From assembly GCA_040220235.1 (NCBI GenBank), contig JAVJTO010000052.1: DNA of 57,678 nucleotides; one strand, written 5' to 3'. The translations under genes were made by a program, and so were the position numbers. Positions within the stretch are counted from its first letter, which is position 1; every line of letters begins with the position of its first letter. The notes under the pieces are model-generated. The model was not told the origin of the DNA. It saw only the letters and a program-made list of their open reading frames with translations, and ran no database searches. This DNA is from Coleofasciculus sp. B1-GNL1-01. GTDB taxonomy: Bacteria; Cyanobacteriota; Cyanobacteriia; Cyanobacteriales; Coleofasciculaceae. Positions 9,823 through 20,207 of this stretch are shown piece after piece.

Positions 9823-10482
9823 TCAATACATCGTTAAAAACCATTTAATTCCAGCTATTACGCCCAGATGAACCGGATAAAACAAGTAAAACCATCGCGT
9901 TTTTATTCCTGCTTCCCCATTATGGAGGTAAATAAATACGGGCGCAATAATTCCAGCCAATTCAACAACACTCCCCCCAAGGGCGACATAAAGGATATGC
10001 GGAACTATATAAACCAGCCACCATTTAAAATTCAACTGTCCGGGATGAAACTGTGACATTATATAAACCAGTGGCAATGTAAAAAATCCTGCCTCGAAAC
10101 GAGCGACTATGGCAATCGTGGTAAACAATAAAACGATCGCCCCCTTCAGCAGACCGTTATTAACCTGCTTCGAGAGTCGAATCGTGGTCACGCCAGCCGC
10201 CAGCACGAACAAAATATTCAGGGGAGGCGTTGCTGAGAAAATTAAGGAATAAACATGAGAATAAATCGGTTGCGAAATAACTCCCAGTAGGATTAACCTA
10301 AAGACATAGTTCCAAATATTTGAGGTATAGTTTTCCCCTTGTGCCGCTAGCCAAGCAAATAGAGGAAAGCTCAAGCGTCCGAGTGCAACCATAATCGTTG
10401 CTTCTGGGAAAAATACCCGTCCCAGATGATCGATTAGCATCAGCAGACAGGCGATTAATTTAAGGTGAAATGAATTCAGCAA
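9823..10482 (-). CDS. TraX-family membrane protein (putative acyltransferase)
   Basis: LKLIACLLMLIDH, GRLSFPLFA, ISQP, LNILF and FYLFYPVHL motifs. Confidence 0.88.
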   Translation of the reverse strand: MLNSFHLKLIACLLMLIDHLGRVFFPEATIMVALGRLSFPLFAWLAAQGENYTSNIWNYVFRLILLGVISQPIYSHVYSLIFSATPPLNILFVLAAGVTTIRLSKQVNNGLLKGAIVLLFTTIAIVARFEAGFFTLPLVYIMSQFHPGQLNFKWWLVYIVPHILYVALGGSVVELAGIIAPVFIYLHNGEAGIKTRWFYLFYPVHLGVIAGIKWFLTMY

Positions 10483-10746
10483 TTTTATTAAAGGGAACAG
10501 GGAACAGGAAACAGGGAACGGGTAATACCTAATTCAAATGCACCTCAGCTTAATACTAAATCCGGGTTCCCCACCCCCGTTATAATTCAGTCCACGTAGG
10601 CGGACTTGGTTTGTGTAGTAGCGATTTTAATCGCCGTGGATTTTCTTCTGCCATGATCCACCCTAAGAACGATGAAAGAGGCGGGGTAGATTCCCTAACC
10701 TTGTAGTTTAGCAAAACCAATTAGGAAAACACATAGGAGGGTTTAC

Positions 10747-11514
10747 ATGGCTGATGATTATAGAGCCGAACGCACGATTTCTGCGGTATTTAAGGAGCAA
10801 GATCAAGTCGATACCGTAGTCCGACGCCTGGTCGATCGCGACGTTCCCTCAGATCATATCTCGGTGATGGGTAAGAATTTTCAATCTCAAAGCCGAATTG
10901 CTGGATTTATCAGTAAAAAAGATGTTATTTTAGGCGGACTCAGAACCGGGGCAATTTTTGGATCGTTATTTGGTTCCTTCTTAAGTCTGTTGACCGGGGT
11001 AGGTGTTTTATTCATTCCCTTTGTCGGTCCTGTGGTGTCAGCCGGTCCCCTGAGTGCTGTACTCTTAGGTGCAGCCAGTGGTGCGTTAGCAGGTGGTGCT
11101 GGTGCAGGTTTAGTCTCGGTGCTGGCGGCGTTAGGAATGTCAGAAGAAAAAGCAGCAATTTACCAAACCCGACTGCAAGCGGGTGAATTTCTGGTGATGG
11201 TAGAAGTTCCCGCCGGAAAATCTGGCGAATACCAACTCTTAATGCAAAATGCAGGTGGGGAAGAAATCCATACCAGCGATATGACCCTACCTCGTCCCTG
11301 TCCCGGTAAATGCAGTGATCCCAGCGATTTATCTCCCGAAGTGCGATCGCATCTGTCTGAAGCGGCTCAGAAAACATTTATCGAGCGCTACAATAGCGTG
11401 TACGATGAGAATCAAGACCCGATCCAGGCAGAACAAGCCGCATGGGAAACCATTCATCAGCAGTATGAAGAAGATGAAAATGGCGTCTGGTCTAAGCAAA
11501 AAGTGACCGCTTAA
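10747..11514 (+). CDS. General-stress (YflT-like, glycine-zipper) protein fused to a ChaB domain
   Basis: Gly-rich hydrophobic hairpin; C-terminal [21 protein letters not shown] ChaB-like motif; AGGAGG SD. Confidence 0.8.
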   Translation: MADDYRAERTISAVFKEQDQVDTVVRRLVDRDVPSDHISVMGKNFQSQSRIAGFISKKDVILGGLRTGAIFGSLFGSFLSLLTGVGVLFIPFVGPVVSAGPLSAVLLGAASGALAGGAGAGLVSVLAALGMSEEKAAIYQTRLQAGEFLVMVEVPAGKSGEYQLLMQNAGGEEIHTSDMTLPRPCPGKCSDPSDLSPEVRSHLSEAAQKTFIERYNSVYDENQDPIQAEQAAWETIHQQYEEDENGVWSKQKVTA

Positions 11515-11580
11515 ATTGGGTTTGTAGTAAGGGAACCTTAGCCTTTTATTCAGTTAGGCAACCCAACCAATAAGCTTAAG

Positions 11581-11890
11581 TAGGATCTGCTGAATAAGTG
11601 GTGAGGAGAGGGAACAGGGAACAGTGCAGCAAGCCCTAAGTAGGGGCTGCTGAATAAGTCTTGTGGTGGGGAGAGGCAATAGGGAATAGGCAATGGGCAA
11701 TGGGCAATGGTTTTAACCCTCTGTCGAGGTAAAATTTGGTGCTGTTGTCGGCGAAAATTCCAGGATGCAAGACGGTTATAGTGTAAAAACCTTGCACTTG
11801 TTGGGTCGAAAAATGGCTGGAAACCCAAATCTTGTCTACCTTACACACTTATGCAGCAAGCCCTACTTAGGGCTTGCTGAATAAGTCGGA
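11581..11890. mobile_element. Tandem cluster of MITEs/IS ends with TAGGGCTTGCTGAATAAG-type termini
   Basis: Ends at 11581, 11641 and 11868, with inverted partners ..CAGCAAGCCCTA ending at 11638 and 11865. A related end lies at about 38349. Confidence 0.7.
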
Positions 11891-11978
11891 GAAAAATAAC
11901 CGATGGACTAATTAGTTATTTAACTGTTAAGTAAGTATAAGTCTTTTTTGCTGATTTTTTCTTAATGATAACCTTTGA

Positions 11979-13134
11979 GGCTACCAACCTAAGGCGGGAC
12001 AAGATGAAGAAAAAAGCGGAGGGGGGTTGCGGACAATGTTCGCGTTATATCATCGCGAACAAATACCCCGGTCTCACCAATGGGCTACCCCAATGCTTAC
12101 GATAAGTGTTGTTGTTGGTTTTTGGGTTGGCGAAGACTACTTAGTGTCTGGATATAAGTCTGACCAACTGTCTTTTAAAGAATCAATGGCTTTGGTTAAT
12201 TCATCGATTTGAACTCTTCTGACGACCTGGATAACCCCATTAACATGGGCAGCGCTTCCGGCAGCTCCGAGATGTTGGAGTCTGGCGGCTGCTACTCAAC
12301 TGTTCGATTAGTAGCGTGCATCGATTGTATCATAGAATTAAAAGAAGGAATCAACATCCGGAATCTCAATTGTGGGAAACTGAAGCTGGACAGCAATGGT
12401 TGCGTCTATTAGTATTTGCGGCGGTGTTTGTCTTTAGTCTTGAAGGGGGCATCGGTTGTGAGAGATTGTCGGAATTTTTTCATTTGCTGCGTCTTCAAAA
12501 ACATATTGCTGTATCTCCAAGTGCTTTACGCCGATTAAGAACCCGCCTAGAAGAAAAAATTATTGAGTATCAATTACATGTTCAATCTCAATCTGTACAA
12601 TCGGGTCGGCAAGTTGAGATTTGTGCCGCTGCCGATGAAAAGTTTTTTGACCAAGTTGTTCTGGTGATGCTAGATTTACCTTCCGGCTATATAATGGTTG
12701 AAGAGTTAACCGAAAATCGCCAATACAGGACTTGGCAGCTTTCGGCTCAAAAAATCTTACAAGACTTGGGCATGAAGGTCAAATATTTAGTTAGCGACCG
12801 AGCTAAAGCGATAGTCAAGCTGGCTCTCAGCGATTTAGGATGCCCCAGTATTGCTGACTTGTTCCATGAAAGCCAAGAAAACAATATCCGACACAACAGT
12901 TAGTTGATCAGCTATCCCAAAGACCAAGTTTAGATGATGCTAGGCTTGGGTCACTCAAGATAGGCTAAAGGGGCAGAAAAAGCCGATCTCATCAACAATT
13001 TTATACTTTCTCGATCTTGATGGATGCGCCAGCTTTCTTTCTGGGATGTTTGTTCGCGATGATATAACGCGAACATTGTCCGCAACCCCTCCTCAACTTT
13101 TTTCTTCATCTTGTCCCGCCTTAGGTTGGTAGCC
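11979..13134. mobile_element. Internally deleted IS with about 85-bp terminal inverted repeats
   Basis: GGCTACCAACCTAAGGCGGGACAAGATGAAGAAAAAAG..GTTCGCGTTATATCATCGCGAACAAA at 11979 is mirrored ending at 13134; encloses a transposase fragment. Confidence 0.88.
12316..12903 (+). pseudogene. Truncated transposase (DUF6399-like family)
   Basis: HPESQLWETEAG, AADE, VSDRAKA and ADLFH motifs. The ORF lacks a clean start, stops early and lies inside the TIRs. Confidence 0.75.
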
Positions 13135-13234
13135 GGAAAATTTATCACCTTATGTACGGGAGAGCCTTCACCAATAACTTAAAAACAAAACCCGCCCTTG
13201 TTTTTAAGAACAATAAACCATGAACAATCAACAC

Positions 13235-14593
13235 TTATTGCGCCGTAACTAATCCTTTATTTAATCGCCGCATATATTTATCTAAATCCCCAGCAACTTG
13301 ACCCGATAAAAAATAAGCGCCGAGTAAATTGGGAAACGACATAGCGATTAACATCCCATCGCTAAAATTAATCACCACACCGGAACTTAAAACCGCCCCC
13401 GTAAAAACCGCCAGGATAAACAACACCTTATAGAGAATTAAATTATTCTGTCCAAACAAATAATCCCAACAGCGTTCGCCGTAATAACTCCAGGAAATCA
13501 TCGTCGAGAAAGCAAAAAAGAAAATCGCGATCGCTAGCAGCAGAGGAAACCAGGAAATCGCTGTCCCAAAGGCGGCTGAGGTGACTTCCGCGCCACTGAG
13601 TTGGGCAAATTCGGGATTGCGATAGACGCCTGTAATCACAATCACCAACGCTGTCATATTACAGATCACCACCGTATCAATAAACGGTTCCAAGAGGGCG
13701 ACAATCCCCTCCCGGACAGGTTCTTGGCTTCTAGCCGCAGAATGGGCGATCGCGGCTGAACCCACTCCCGCTTCATTAGAAAATGCCGAACGCCTTAATC
13801 CCTGAATCATCACGCCAAACACTCCCCCCTCCACCGCCTCTGGAGATAATGCGCCGTTAAGAATCGTCAGCATCGCGGCGGGAATATCCATAAAATTCGT
13901 CACCAGAATCCACAGCGCCGCCACAAAGTAAATCACACACATCGCCGGGACAATCGCACCCGCCACTTGACCAATCCGTTTAATCCCACCAATAATAACT
14001 AAACCGACTAAACTAATCAGAATTAAGCCATAAAGCCAACTGCGCCCCACAAACCAGGGTACAACGGTGGTGATCGCTGCATACGATTGGTTCGCCTGAA
14101 ACATACTTGCGCCGCCAAATGCACCGCCAATACCCAGAATAGAGAAGATAACGGCTAACACCTTCCCCAAATTCTGATGTCCCATTTCCGCCAAACCCGC
14201 CGACAAATAGTACATTGGACCCCCAGCCACGGTACCATCGGGTTTAATCACGCGATATTTCTGACCCAGGGTACATTCAACAAACTTACTTGTCATCCCA
14301 AACAGTCCCCCCAGCGTCATCCACACCGTCGCACCCGGACCCCCTAAACTGATTGCGATCGCGACTCCGGCAATATTACCCAATCCCACGGTAGCCGAAA
14401 GCGCCGTTGCCAGGGCTTGAAAATGAGACACCTCCCCAGCTTCAGTCGGATCATCGTACTTTCCCCGTAACACCTCAATCGCATGCCAAAACCCCCGGAT
14501 GTTAATAAATTTCATCCGCAGGGTGAAGAAAATTGCACCGCTAATCAGCCAAAGGACACTGATCGAAAAAATACCTAGGGTCAAAAACTGCAC
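13235..14593 (-). CDS. agcS: Alanine/glycine:cation symporter (AGCS family)
   Basis: ATVGLGNIAGVA, GGPGA, GGPMYY, FSNEAGVGS and EPFIDT motifs. Confidence 0.93.
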   Translation of the reverse strand: MQFLTLGIFSISVLWLISGAIFFTLRMKFINIRGFWHAIEVLRGKYDDPTEAGEVSHFQALATALSATVGLGNIAGVAIAISLGGPGATVWMTLGGLFGMTSKFVECTLGQKYRVIKPDGTVAGGPMYYLSAGLAEMGHQNLGKVLAVIFSILGIGGAFGGASMFQANQSYAAITTVVPWFVGRSWLYGLILISLVGLVIIGGIKRIGQVAGAIVPAMCVIYFVAALWILVTNFMDIPAAMLTILNGALSPEAVEGGVFGVMIQGLRRSAFSNEAGVGSAAIAHSAARSQEPVREGIVALLEPFIDTVVICNMTALVIVITGVYRNPEFAQLSGAEVTSAAFGTAISWFPLLLAIAIFFFAFSTMISWSYYGERCWDYLFGQNNLILYKVLFILAVFTGAVLSSGVVINFSDGMLIAMSFPNLLGAYFLSGQVAGDLDKYMRRLNKGLVTAQ

Positions 14594-14777
14594 TGTGGTC
14601 TGCTCACTCAGGATACAATGGTATGCCCTTATAAGTCTTACAGTGCATCCGGTGCTTCTTCAACTGCTTTGCGGTCTATGGAACTTTCTTTTTCTGCCTA
14701 TCTCCCTATCTCCCTCTCACCCCCTCACCCCATCTACTCTATCTGCTATCTTTGAACGCAACTTGGTATCAGTCGGC

Positions 14778-15461
14778 TCACTGTCTTGCTCTCCTATATT
14801 CAATCCGAAGCTGTTGTACAGAAGGATTCTCAGCTTCAATAAAGCTATCCCGGCGAACTTCCTCTAATCTCAAGTCCTGAAATTGGGCAAGTTCCTGATT
14901 AGAAAGCGCCCAAGGTGGACCATCAGGTTCAGCCTCTGTCTGGCGAAATCGCGTGATTAATAACAGGATTCCCTCTATAGCCACCAAAGCCGCGATCGCA
15001 TCAATCACAGTTGATCGTACATTTAAGGGTAACGCTTGGATATTCCGGCATTCTAATACCAAGTCAAACTGATGACGCCAAGCTGGATCTAGCGCGAACA
15101 AATCAGCGACAACATAGCTAACTGGAGAATTGGGAAATCGTTGCTGACACCAGGCGATCGCGGTTGGAGAAATATCAAAGGCTGTCACGTTGAAACCCAC
15201 TCTAGCCAATGCTTCCGCATCATCACCCAATCCACAGCCAATAACTAAAGCCGAGCGATGATTCCCTTGGGGCTTATTTTTATTTAGCCAATCTTGGAAA
15301 TAGGGATGGGGTTTCAAACGCGCCCACGGTACTTGATTGGGATCACAATTGGCTTGGGAATATAAGCGATCAAACCATCCAGAGGGATCGGATTTGTTTA
15401 GCGCTTCTGTTGCCAAGAATTTGACTTTCTGCCGTAATCCTTCGGGTTGTTGTTCAAACAT
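14778..15461 (-). CDS. Class I SAM-dependent methyltransferase (thiopurine S-methyltransferase-like)
   Basis: LVIGCGLGDDA, AFDISPTAI and GPPWAL motifs. Probable start is ATG 15461; the upstream ATG 15524 lies in a MITE end. Confidence 0.85.
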   Translation of the reverse strand: MFEQQPEGLRQKVKFLATEALNKSDPSGWFDRLYSQANCDPNQVPWARLKPHPYFQDWLNKNKPQGNHRSALVIGCGLGDDAEALARVGFNVTAFDISPTAIAWCQQRFPNSPVSYVVADLFALDPAWRHQFDLVLECRNIQALPLNVRSTVIDAIAALVAIEGILLLITRFRQTEAEPDGPPWALSNQELAQFQDLRLEEVRRDSFIEAENPSVQQLRIEYRRARQ

Positions 15462-15521
15462 CAAACAGTCTCCAAGGGGGATAAGGGGGGATGGAGAGGG
15501 GGTTGGGGGTGAGGGCTGGAT

Positions 15522-15723
15522 CATTCATTGGTGTCAACTTAAGCGCTAAAAGCAGGGGAAGCAGGGGGAGCAGGGGAAGCGGGGGAAGCAGGGGAAGTAA
15601 GAGAATGCTCTTGCGGATTGCTCTTTCTCCTGTAATAGCTTAGGGAGAAGCAACACGATTAGTTTGTGTTGAACGGCTCGAAACCCTAATTGGCAAGGGT
15701 TGTGGCTTAAGTTGACACGGATA
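15522..15723. mobile_element. MITE, same TIR family as 9569-9755
   Basis: CATTGGTGTCAACTTAAGC / GCTTAAGTTGACACGGAT; flanks GGGCTGGAT / GGGCTGGAC; nested 9-mer STRR inside. Confidence 0.75.
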
Positions 15724-15742
15724 GGGCTGGACTAAACCCTAC

Positions 15743-15991
15743 CTATGCGGCATGTAACTCCATCTGACTCCCTAAAATCTGCTGAATCTTCTGATGTAAC
15801 TCGGCTTGGGTATGATGCTGAAGTGTTTCCAAAGACGCCAGTAACCGCCGCCTATCCGAGAATGGTAACATTGGCATCAACTCGTCCGCCTCTTCTAGCA
15901 TACGCTCTTGGGCTTCTGGAATTAGGTTCATCCAATTCGATAACAGCAAGTTACGCTCTATAATCGTTAATTTCCACTGATATTCAGGCAT
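15743..15991 (-). CDS. Hypothetical helical protein (82 aa)
   Basis: ATG with strong GAGGAG SD; protein-like composition. Confidence 0.7.
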   Translation of the reverse strand: MPEYQWKLTIIERNLLLSNWMNLIPEAQERMLEEADELMPMLPFSDRRRLLASLETLQHHTQAELHQKIQQILGSQMELHAA

Positions 15992-16170
15992 CCTGATCGG
16001 CTCCTCTATTCCTTTGTTTTCCTTTGTTCAGGATTTACTGGTGTGGATCAGGATGCTTTGCTGGTTAACTCACAACTCTCTCATCTTCCCAACTTTGTCC
16101 CGCTTCGTTAACATCTTCCTCATCTCCTATAACGGGTGTATCAATCATCCCACTCGTTCCGGAATCAGGC

Positions 16171-16548
16171 TCATCCTCGGATAACCGATTTCCTCGCCCA
16201 ATCTCTGGCATTTTCCATATAAATCAGTATCCGTTTCCAATATTTTTTCCAGTCTCCCTCTATCTTCAAGCAGTTTTTGACCGTCTCTAGGTAGAAAATA
16301 GTCGTGCGGCGTTCATCATTGTCGGGGCATCGCTCCAAAATCAGATTGTAGAGCTGCTGCCAATGATATTGCCAGTTGCCTTGCTCTGGATGGAAAATTG
16401 CCTCAAACAGGTTTCGCCAGAAAAACTCAATCGTGCCAATATCCTTAAGATGTTCTGGCGTTGGTTTATCCCAGCCGGTATGGCGAGCGCGTAAATCACT
16501 AATCGGCGGCAGATGTCCGCTCATAGATAACAAGGGGGCTAAAATCAC
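16171..16548 (-). CDS. Hypothetical protein (start uncertain, ATG 16524 possible)
   Basis: 125-aa ORF filling the gap; Trp-rich and helical; no family recognised. Confidence 0.55.
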   Translation of the reverse strand: MILAPLLSMSGHLPPISDLRARHTGWDKPTPEHLKDIGTIEFFWRNLFEAIFHPEQGNWQYHWQQLYNLILERCPDNDERRTTIFYLETVKNCLKIEGDWKKYWKRILIYMENARDWARKSVIRG

Positions 16549-16788
16549 TGATGCATATTTTACCTATCCCAGAGATAATGGGATGGTGGATGACAATAGG
16601 GTACGGAAGCAGAGGGAGCTGGGGGAGCTGGGGGAGCTGGGGAAGCAGAGGGAGCTGGGGAAGCTAGGGAAGCTGGGGGAGATGGGGCAGACAAGGACGA
16701 ATGACGTAGCTTGCTGGGAGCTGTTCGAGTATGACGAATGACTATCCCTACCGTTAACTTTAATTGTCCCCACCTACTTACACCTTGT

Positions 16789-16875
16789 CTAACTTGCCCA
16801 ACTAAAAAAGAGCGCGGCTAGGATAATCAACCCCAAAAGCGCGAGAGGAACCCAGAGATTCGCCAGCTCAATCAT
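16789..16875 (-). CDS. Candidate 28-aa single-pass membrane microprotein (not in ORF track)
   Basis: ATG..TAG reads MIELANLWVPLALLGLIILAALFFSWAS, a single clean hydrophobic helix. Confidence 0.55.
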   Translation of the reverse strand: MIELANLWVPLALLGLIILAALFFSWAS

Positions 16876-16962
16876 TTGGTCGTGTTTTGCCGTTGGTTAG
16901 GGAAATTGCTCCATTGATTATCTATAAAGAAACTATAAACTAAATTGGATGATGAGGACAGG

Positions 16963-19518
16963 ATGACCTATCTCGACCTAGTGACATGGCTGCGAGAACG
17001 CACCGCTTTTAGCATTCTCTCCGATGAAATTTTACAGGCGATCGCGCCACAGATGGAAGCGCTGGCGGTAAATGCCCAGGAGCGTCTGGTTATCGAAGAT
17101 ACCCCGGTAGACTATCTCTATATTCTGCAACAGGGGCGTATTGAAGGCTACCGAACCAACCAACTGGGTTCGATTTGGGGCGTCAGTTGGCTTACTGGTG
17201 CCGTGATTCATTTACAGGAGTTACTTCTCAATCAATCCGCACAGAGAACTATCGTCACCCGCAGCGACACTCACCTGTGGCGCATCCCAGCCGAACAATT
17301 CCGAGACTTAATCCACCAGTATCCCGAAATTTCTCAAGCCTTCTCACCCCAACTTGCCCAAGATTTGGCACACCTGTCGTCTCAACTTAAGGTCGAACAA
17401 GAACGCCAGGTGGCGCTGCGCCCCTATTTAGTCAACAAAGCCAAACGGGGAATTATTGGTAGAAGCCGTTATGCGGTACGACTCCGCCAACAAATCAAAC
17501 AAGCCGCTGATACTCGCCAATCTGTACTCATTTTCGGTGAACCCGGATTGGAAAAAGACAACACCGCCGCGCTGATTCACTTTGGTTCAGCCTATCGCCG
17601 CGAACCTGTGATTAAAATCGATTGTAGTAAAGTGCAAGCCAGTGGTGCGGAACTGTTTGGGCGGGAAGGGGGCAAACCGGGACTCATTGATTCCCTGAAC
17701 ACGGGAACGTTGATTCTCAATAATGTGGATGAATTGCCCCAGGATTTAATGCCTCAACTGGCAACTCTATTAGAAACTGGAACGTATCAACCTGTCCGCC
17801 GTTCCCTAGAACAATCGACGCAGGTGAAAGAGTGCAGCGCCCGGATTATTATGATTACCGAAACGGCGCTCCCCACGATTAGTCCCCTAGTTGGACAAGT
17901 GATAAAAGTGCCGCCACTGCGGGTGAGAAAAACAGATATTAGCGACCAGATGAACTATTATATTAGTCTTTTATGTCGCGCTAAAGGAATTAATAAACCC
18001 AAGATTACACCCGAAGCCCTACGTCAGTTACAAGGCTATGATTTTCCCGGTAATCTCAGGGAATTAAAAAACTTAGTGGAACGGGCGCTGGTTCAATCGG
18101 ACTCTGGCAAAGAACTCACGGAAGAACTGTTGTGGCCCTCCCAGAGTAAGAAAAAACAATTCCGCTTTAATCTGTTAAATACCTATCCCCAACTGCGGCG
18201 ATTTTTACGAAGTGATTGGTGGCCCGATCGCATTAACTATGGATTTACCTTAAGCTTGTTTGCCCTAGTCGTAATCATGGGCTTTATCGGTCCGCAAACC
18301 CGCCAGGAAAACTTTACCTTAAATCTCTTTTGGGCATGGTGGTGGCCCCTCGTCTTGATTGGCTTTCCCTTTGTGGGACGCCTCTGGTGTGCCGTGTGTC
18401 CGTTTATGATTTACGGGGAAGTGACCCAGAAATTATCCTTGTGGCTATTTCCGCGTCAGTTAAAACCGTGGTCACGACAATTAGCGGAAACCTGGGGCGG
18501 CTGGTTTTTGTTTGGCTTATTTGCCCTAATTTTCTTATGGGAAGAACTCTGGGATTTAGAAAATACGGCGTATCTTTCCGCTTGTTTACTCTTATTAATT
18601 ACGGCGGGAGCGATGATTTTCTCGGCAATTTTCGAGCGTCGCTTTTGGTGTCGCTATTTGTGTCCCATTGGTGGGATGAATGGTTTATTTGCCAAGTTGT
18701 CGATGACGGAGTTACGGGCGCAGCAGGGAACCTGTTCAGCCGAATGTACCACCTATCAATGTTATAAGGGTGGACCCCAGAAAGGGGAAGGAATGGAAAC
18801 CAATGGCTGTCCATTATATTCCCATCCCGCCCAGTTACAAGATAATCGGGATTGTGTTTTATGCATGACTTGTTTAAAAGCTTGTCCACACCGTTCTGTG
18901 GAGGTGAATTTGCGTCCGCCAGGGATTGAGTTGTGGACAACTCATATTCCTCGCAGTTATGAGGTGGCGTTATTGTTGTTGTTGTTAGGCGGTGTGTTTT
19001 TGCATCGCTTACCGGAGTTAAATCAGCAACTGAATTTACACCTAGATTTGAGTCAATTTGGCACACACGCTTGGTTTTCGTTGGCGGTTTTGAGTCTCCC
19101 GGCGTTGATTCCGTTAGTGGCGTATGGCGGAATTCAATTATCTTACCGACTGATTCAGACGCTCAACTTAACGATACCTAATCCCAAGCCGCGATCGCTG
19201 ATTGAGTTGGCGTATGGATATTTACCCTTGGTGTTGGCGGGGAATCTGGCGCACCATTTACGGTTGGGGTTGACGGAAGCAGGGCGAATTTTGCCTGTAA
19301 CCTTTGCCACGTTTGGGTTAAGTGGTGAGGGATTACCGATATGGGTGGCGCATCCGGCGGTAATTGCGTTTTTACAGGGAGTGACGCTGATTGCAGGTGT
19401 ACTGCTGAGTATGGTTCTGACACAGAAAATTGCCAGTCAGCCTGTGCGATCGCTCCTGATGCAACATTTAGGGATAGTAGTTTTAGGGATAAGTCTTTGG
19501 GCGATTATTGTTCGGTAG
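16963..19518 (+). CDS. cNMP-binding domain + sigma54-activator-like AAA+ domain + membrane 4Fe-4S (NapH/RdxA-like) fusion
   Basis: N-terminal CRP-like fold; GEPGLEKD, PPLRVR and FPGNLREL; GRLWCAVCP, WCRYLCPIG and CVLCMTCLKACP; many TM helices; ATG 16963. Confidence 0.88.
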   Translation: MTYLDLVTWLRERTAFSILSDEILQAIAPQMEALAVNAQERLVIEDTPVDYLYILQQGRIEGYRTNQLGSIWGVSWLTGAVIHLQELLLNQSAQRTIVTRSDTHLWRIPAEQFRDLIHQYPEISQAFSPQLAQDLAHLSSQLKVEQERQVALRPYLVNKAKRGIIGRSRYAVRLRQQIKQAADTRQSVLIFGEPGLEKDNTAALIHFGSAYRREPVIKIDCSKVQASGAELFGREGGKPGLIDSLNTGTLILNNVDELPQDLMPQLATLLETGTYQPVRRSLEQSTQVKECSARIIMITETALPTISPLVGQVIKVPPLRVRKTDISDQMNYYISLLCRAKGINKPKITPEALRQLQGYDFPGNLRELKNLVERALVQSDSGKELTEELLWPSQSKKKQFRFNLLNTYPQLRRFLRSDWWPDRINYGFTLSLFALVVIMGFIGPQTRQENFTLNLFWAWWWPLVLIGFPFVGRLWCAVCPFMIYGEVTQKLSLWLFPRQLKPWSRQLAETWGGWFLFGLFALIFLWEELWDLENTAYLSACLLLLITAGAMIFSAIFERRFWCRYLCPIGGMNGLFAKLSMTELRAQQGTCSAECTTYQCYKGGPQKGEGMETNGCPLYSHPAQLQDNRDCVLCMTCLKACPHRSVEVNLRPPGIELWTTHIPRSYEVALLLLLLGGVFLHRLPELNQQLNLHLDLSQFGTHAWFSLAVLSLPALIPLVAYGGIQLSYRLIQTLNLTIPNPKPRSLIELAYGYLPLVLAGNLAHHLRLGLTEAGRILPVTFATFGLSGEGLPIWVAHPAVIAFLQGVTLIAGVLLSMVLTQKIASQPVRSLLMQHLGIVVLGISLWAIIVR

Positions 19519-19751
19519 TCTTTTGTCCTTTGTCATTCGTCAAGCACCCCTGAACCTGTAGAGACGCGCCATGGCGCGTCTCTACAATTTTGAAGATAAA
19601 TTCTTACCATGAATTAATTTATTTGTCAAAACAATAGCAATAGGTTTTCGGGAATAAACCTTACGTAGGGTAACTAGCGAAACCTCTATCTCTCTGGTTT
19701 ACCTGAGGGATGGGAAAGAAATTCTCTAGTTAATTTATTCTCAGAATTGCC

Positions 19752-20207
19752 ATGAAGCACAGTGATTGGTTGCGCCTAACTAAGGAAGGTGAACGTCTTT
19801 GTTCAGTTCTCAGACAACAGGGGTACCACTGTCAAAAACAATCTCGCCGTCTGGCTTGGAATATCACTAAAGCTGAAGAGTCTCATACATTAACCTATTT
19901 ACCCCCACCGATAGCAGGTTGGACAGTGCTACCCAATCAGGAAACGCCCGCCCGAAAACAACTGATGTTATTAGTGCGTAATACCCTCAACCAGGAACGG
20001 TTAGAAACGCTCAACAGTAAGCTGGATATTGAAAAACCCATAGACTTAACCCGTCCTTGGGTGATTATCCGCTTATTGAATGATGCGCGTCGCTATACGG
20101 TAGCCCGATTTTACAATCGTCAAGACGCCGAAGATCACAAACGTGTACTCCGTCGCTTTATGCGTGGGGCTGAATTTGAGGTGATTTTTGACCCTGGCGA
20201 TGAGTGA
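19752..20207 (+). CDS. Conserved hypothetical protein
   Basis: C-terminal PWVIIRLL..VARF.NRQDAE..FEVIFD segment typical of a small cyanobacterial family. Confidence 0.7.
   Translation: MKHSDWLRLTKEGERLCSVLRQQGYHCQKQSRRLAWNITKAEESHTLTYLPPPIAGWTVLPNQETPARKQLMLLVRNTLNQERLETLNSKLDIEKPIDLTRPWVIIRLLNDARRYTVARFYNRQDAEDHKRVLRRFMRGAEFEVIFDPGDE

Noticed and set aside
9823..10482. Conjugative element implied by TraX
   Set aside because: No other tra, relaxase or T4SS genes; stand-alone TraX-family genes are common on chromosomes.
12027..13148. Short ORFs sharing MRTMFALYHREQ (12027+ and 12951-)
   Set aside because: They are mirror translations of the IS terminal inverted repeats.
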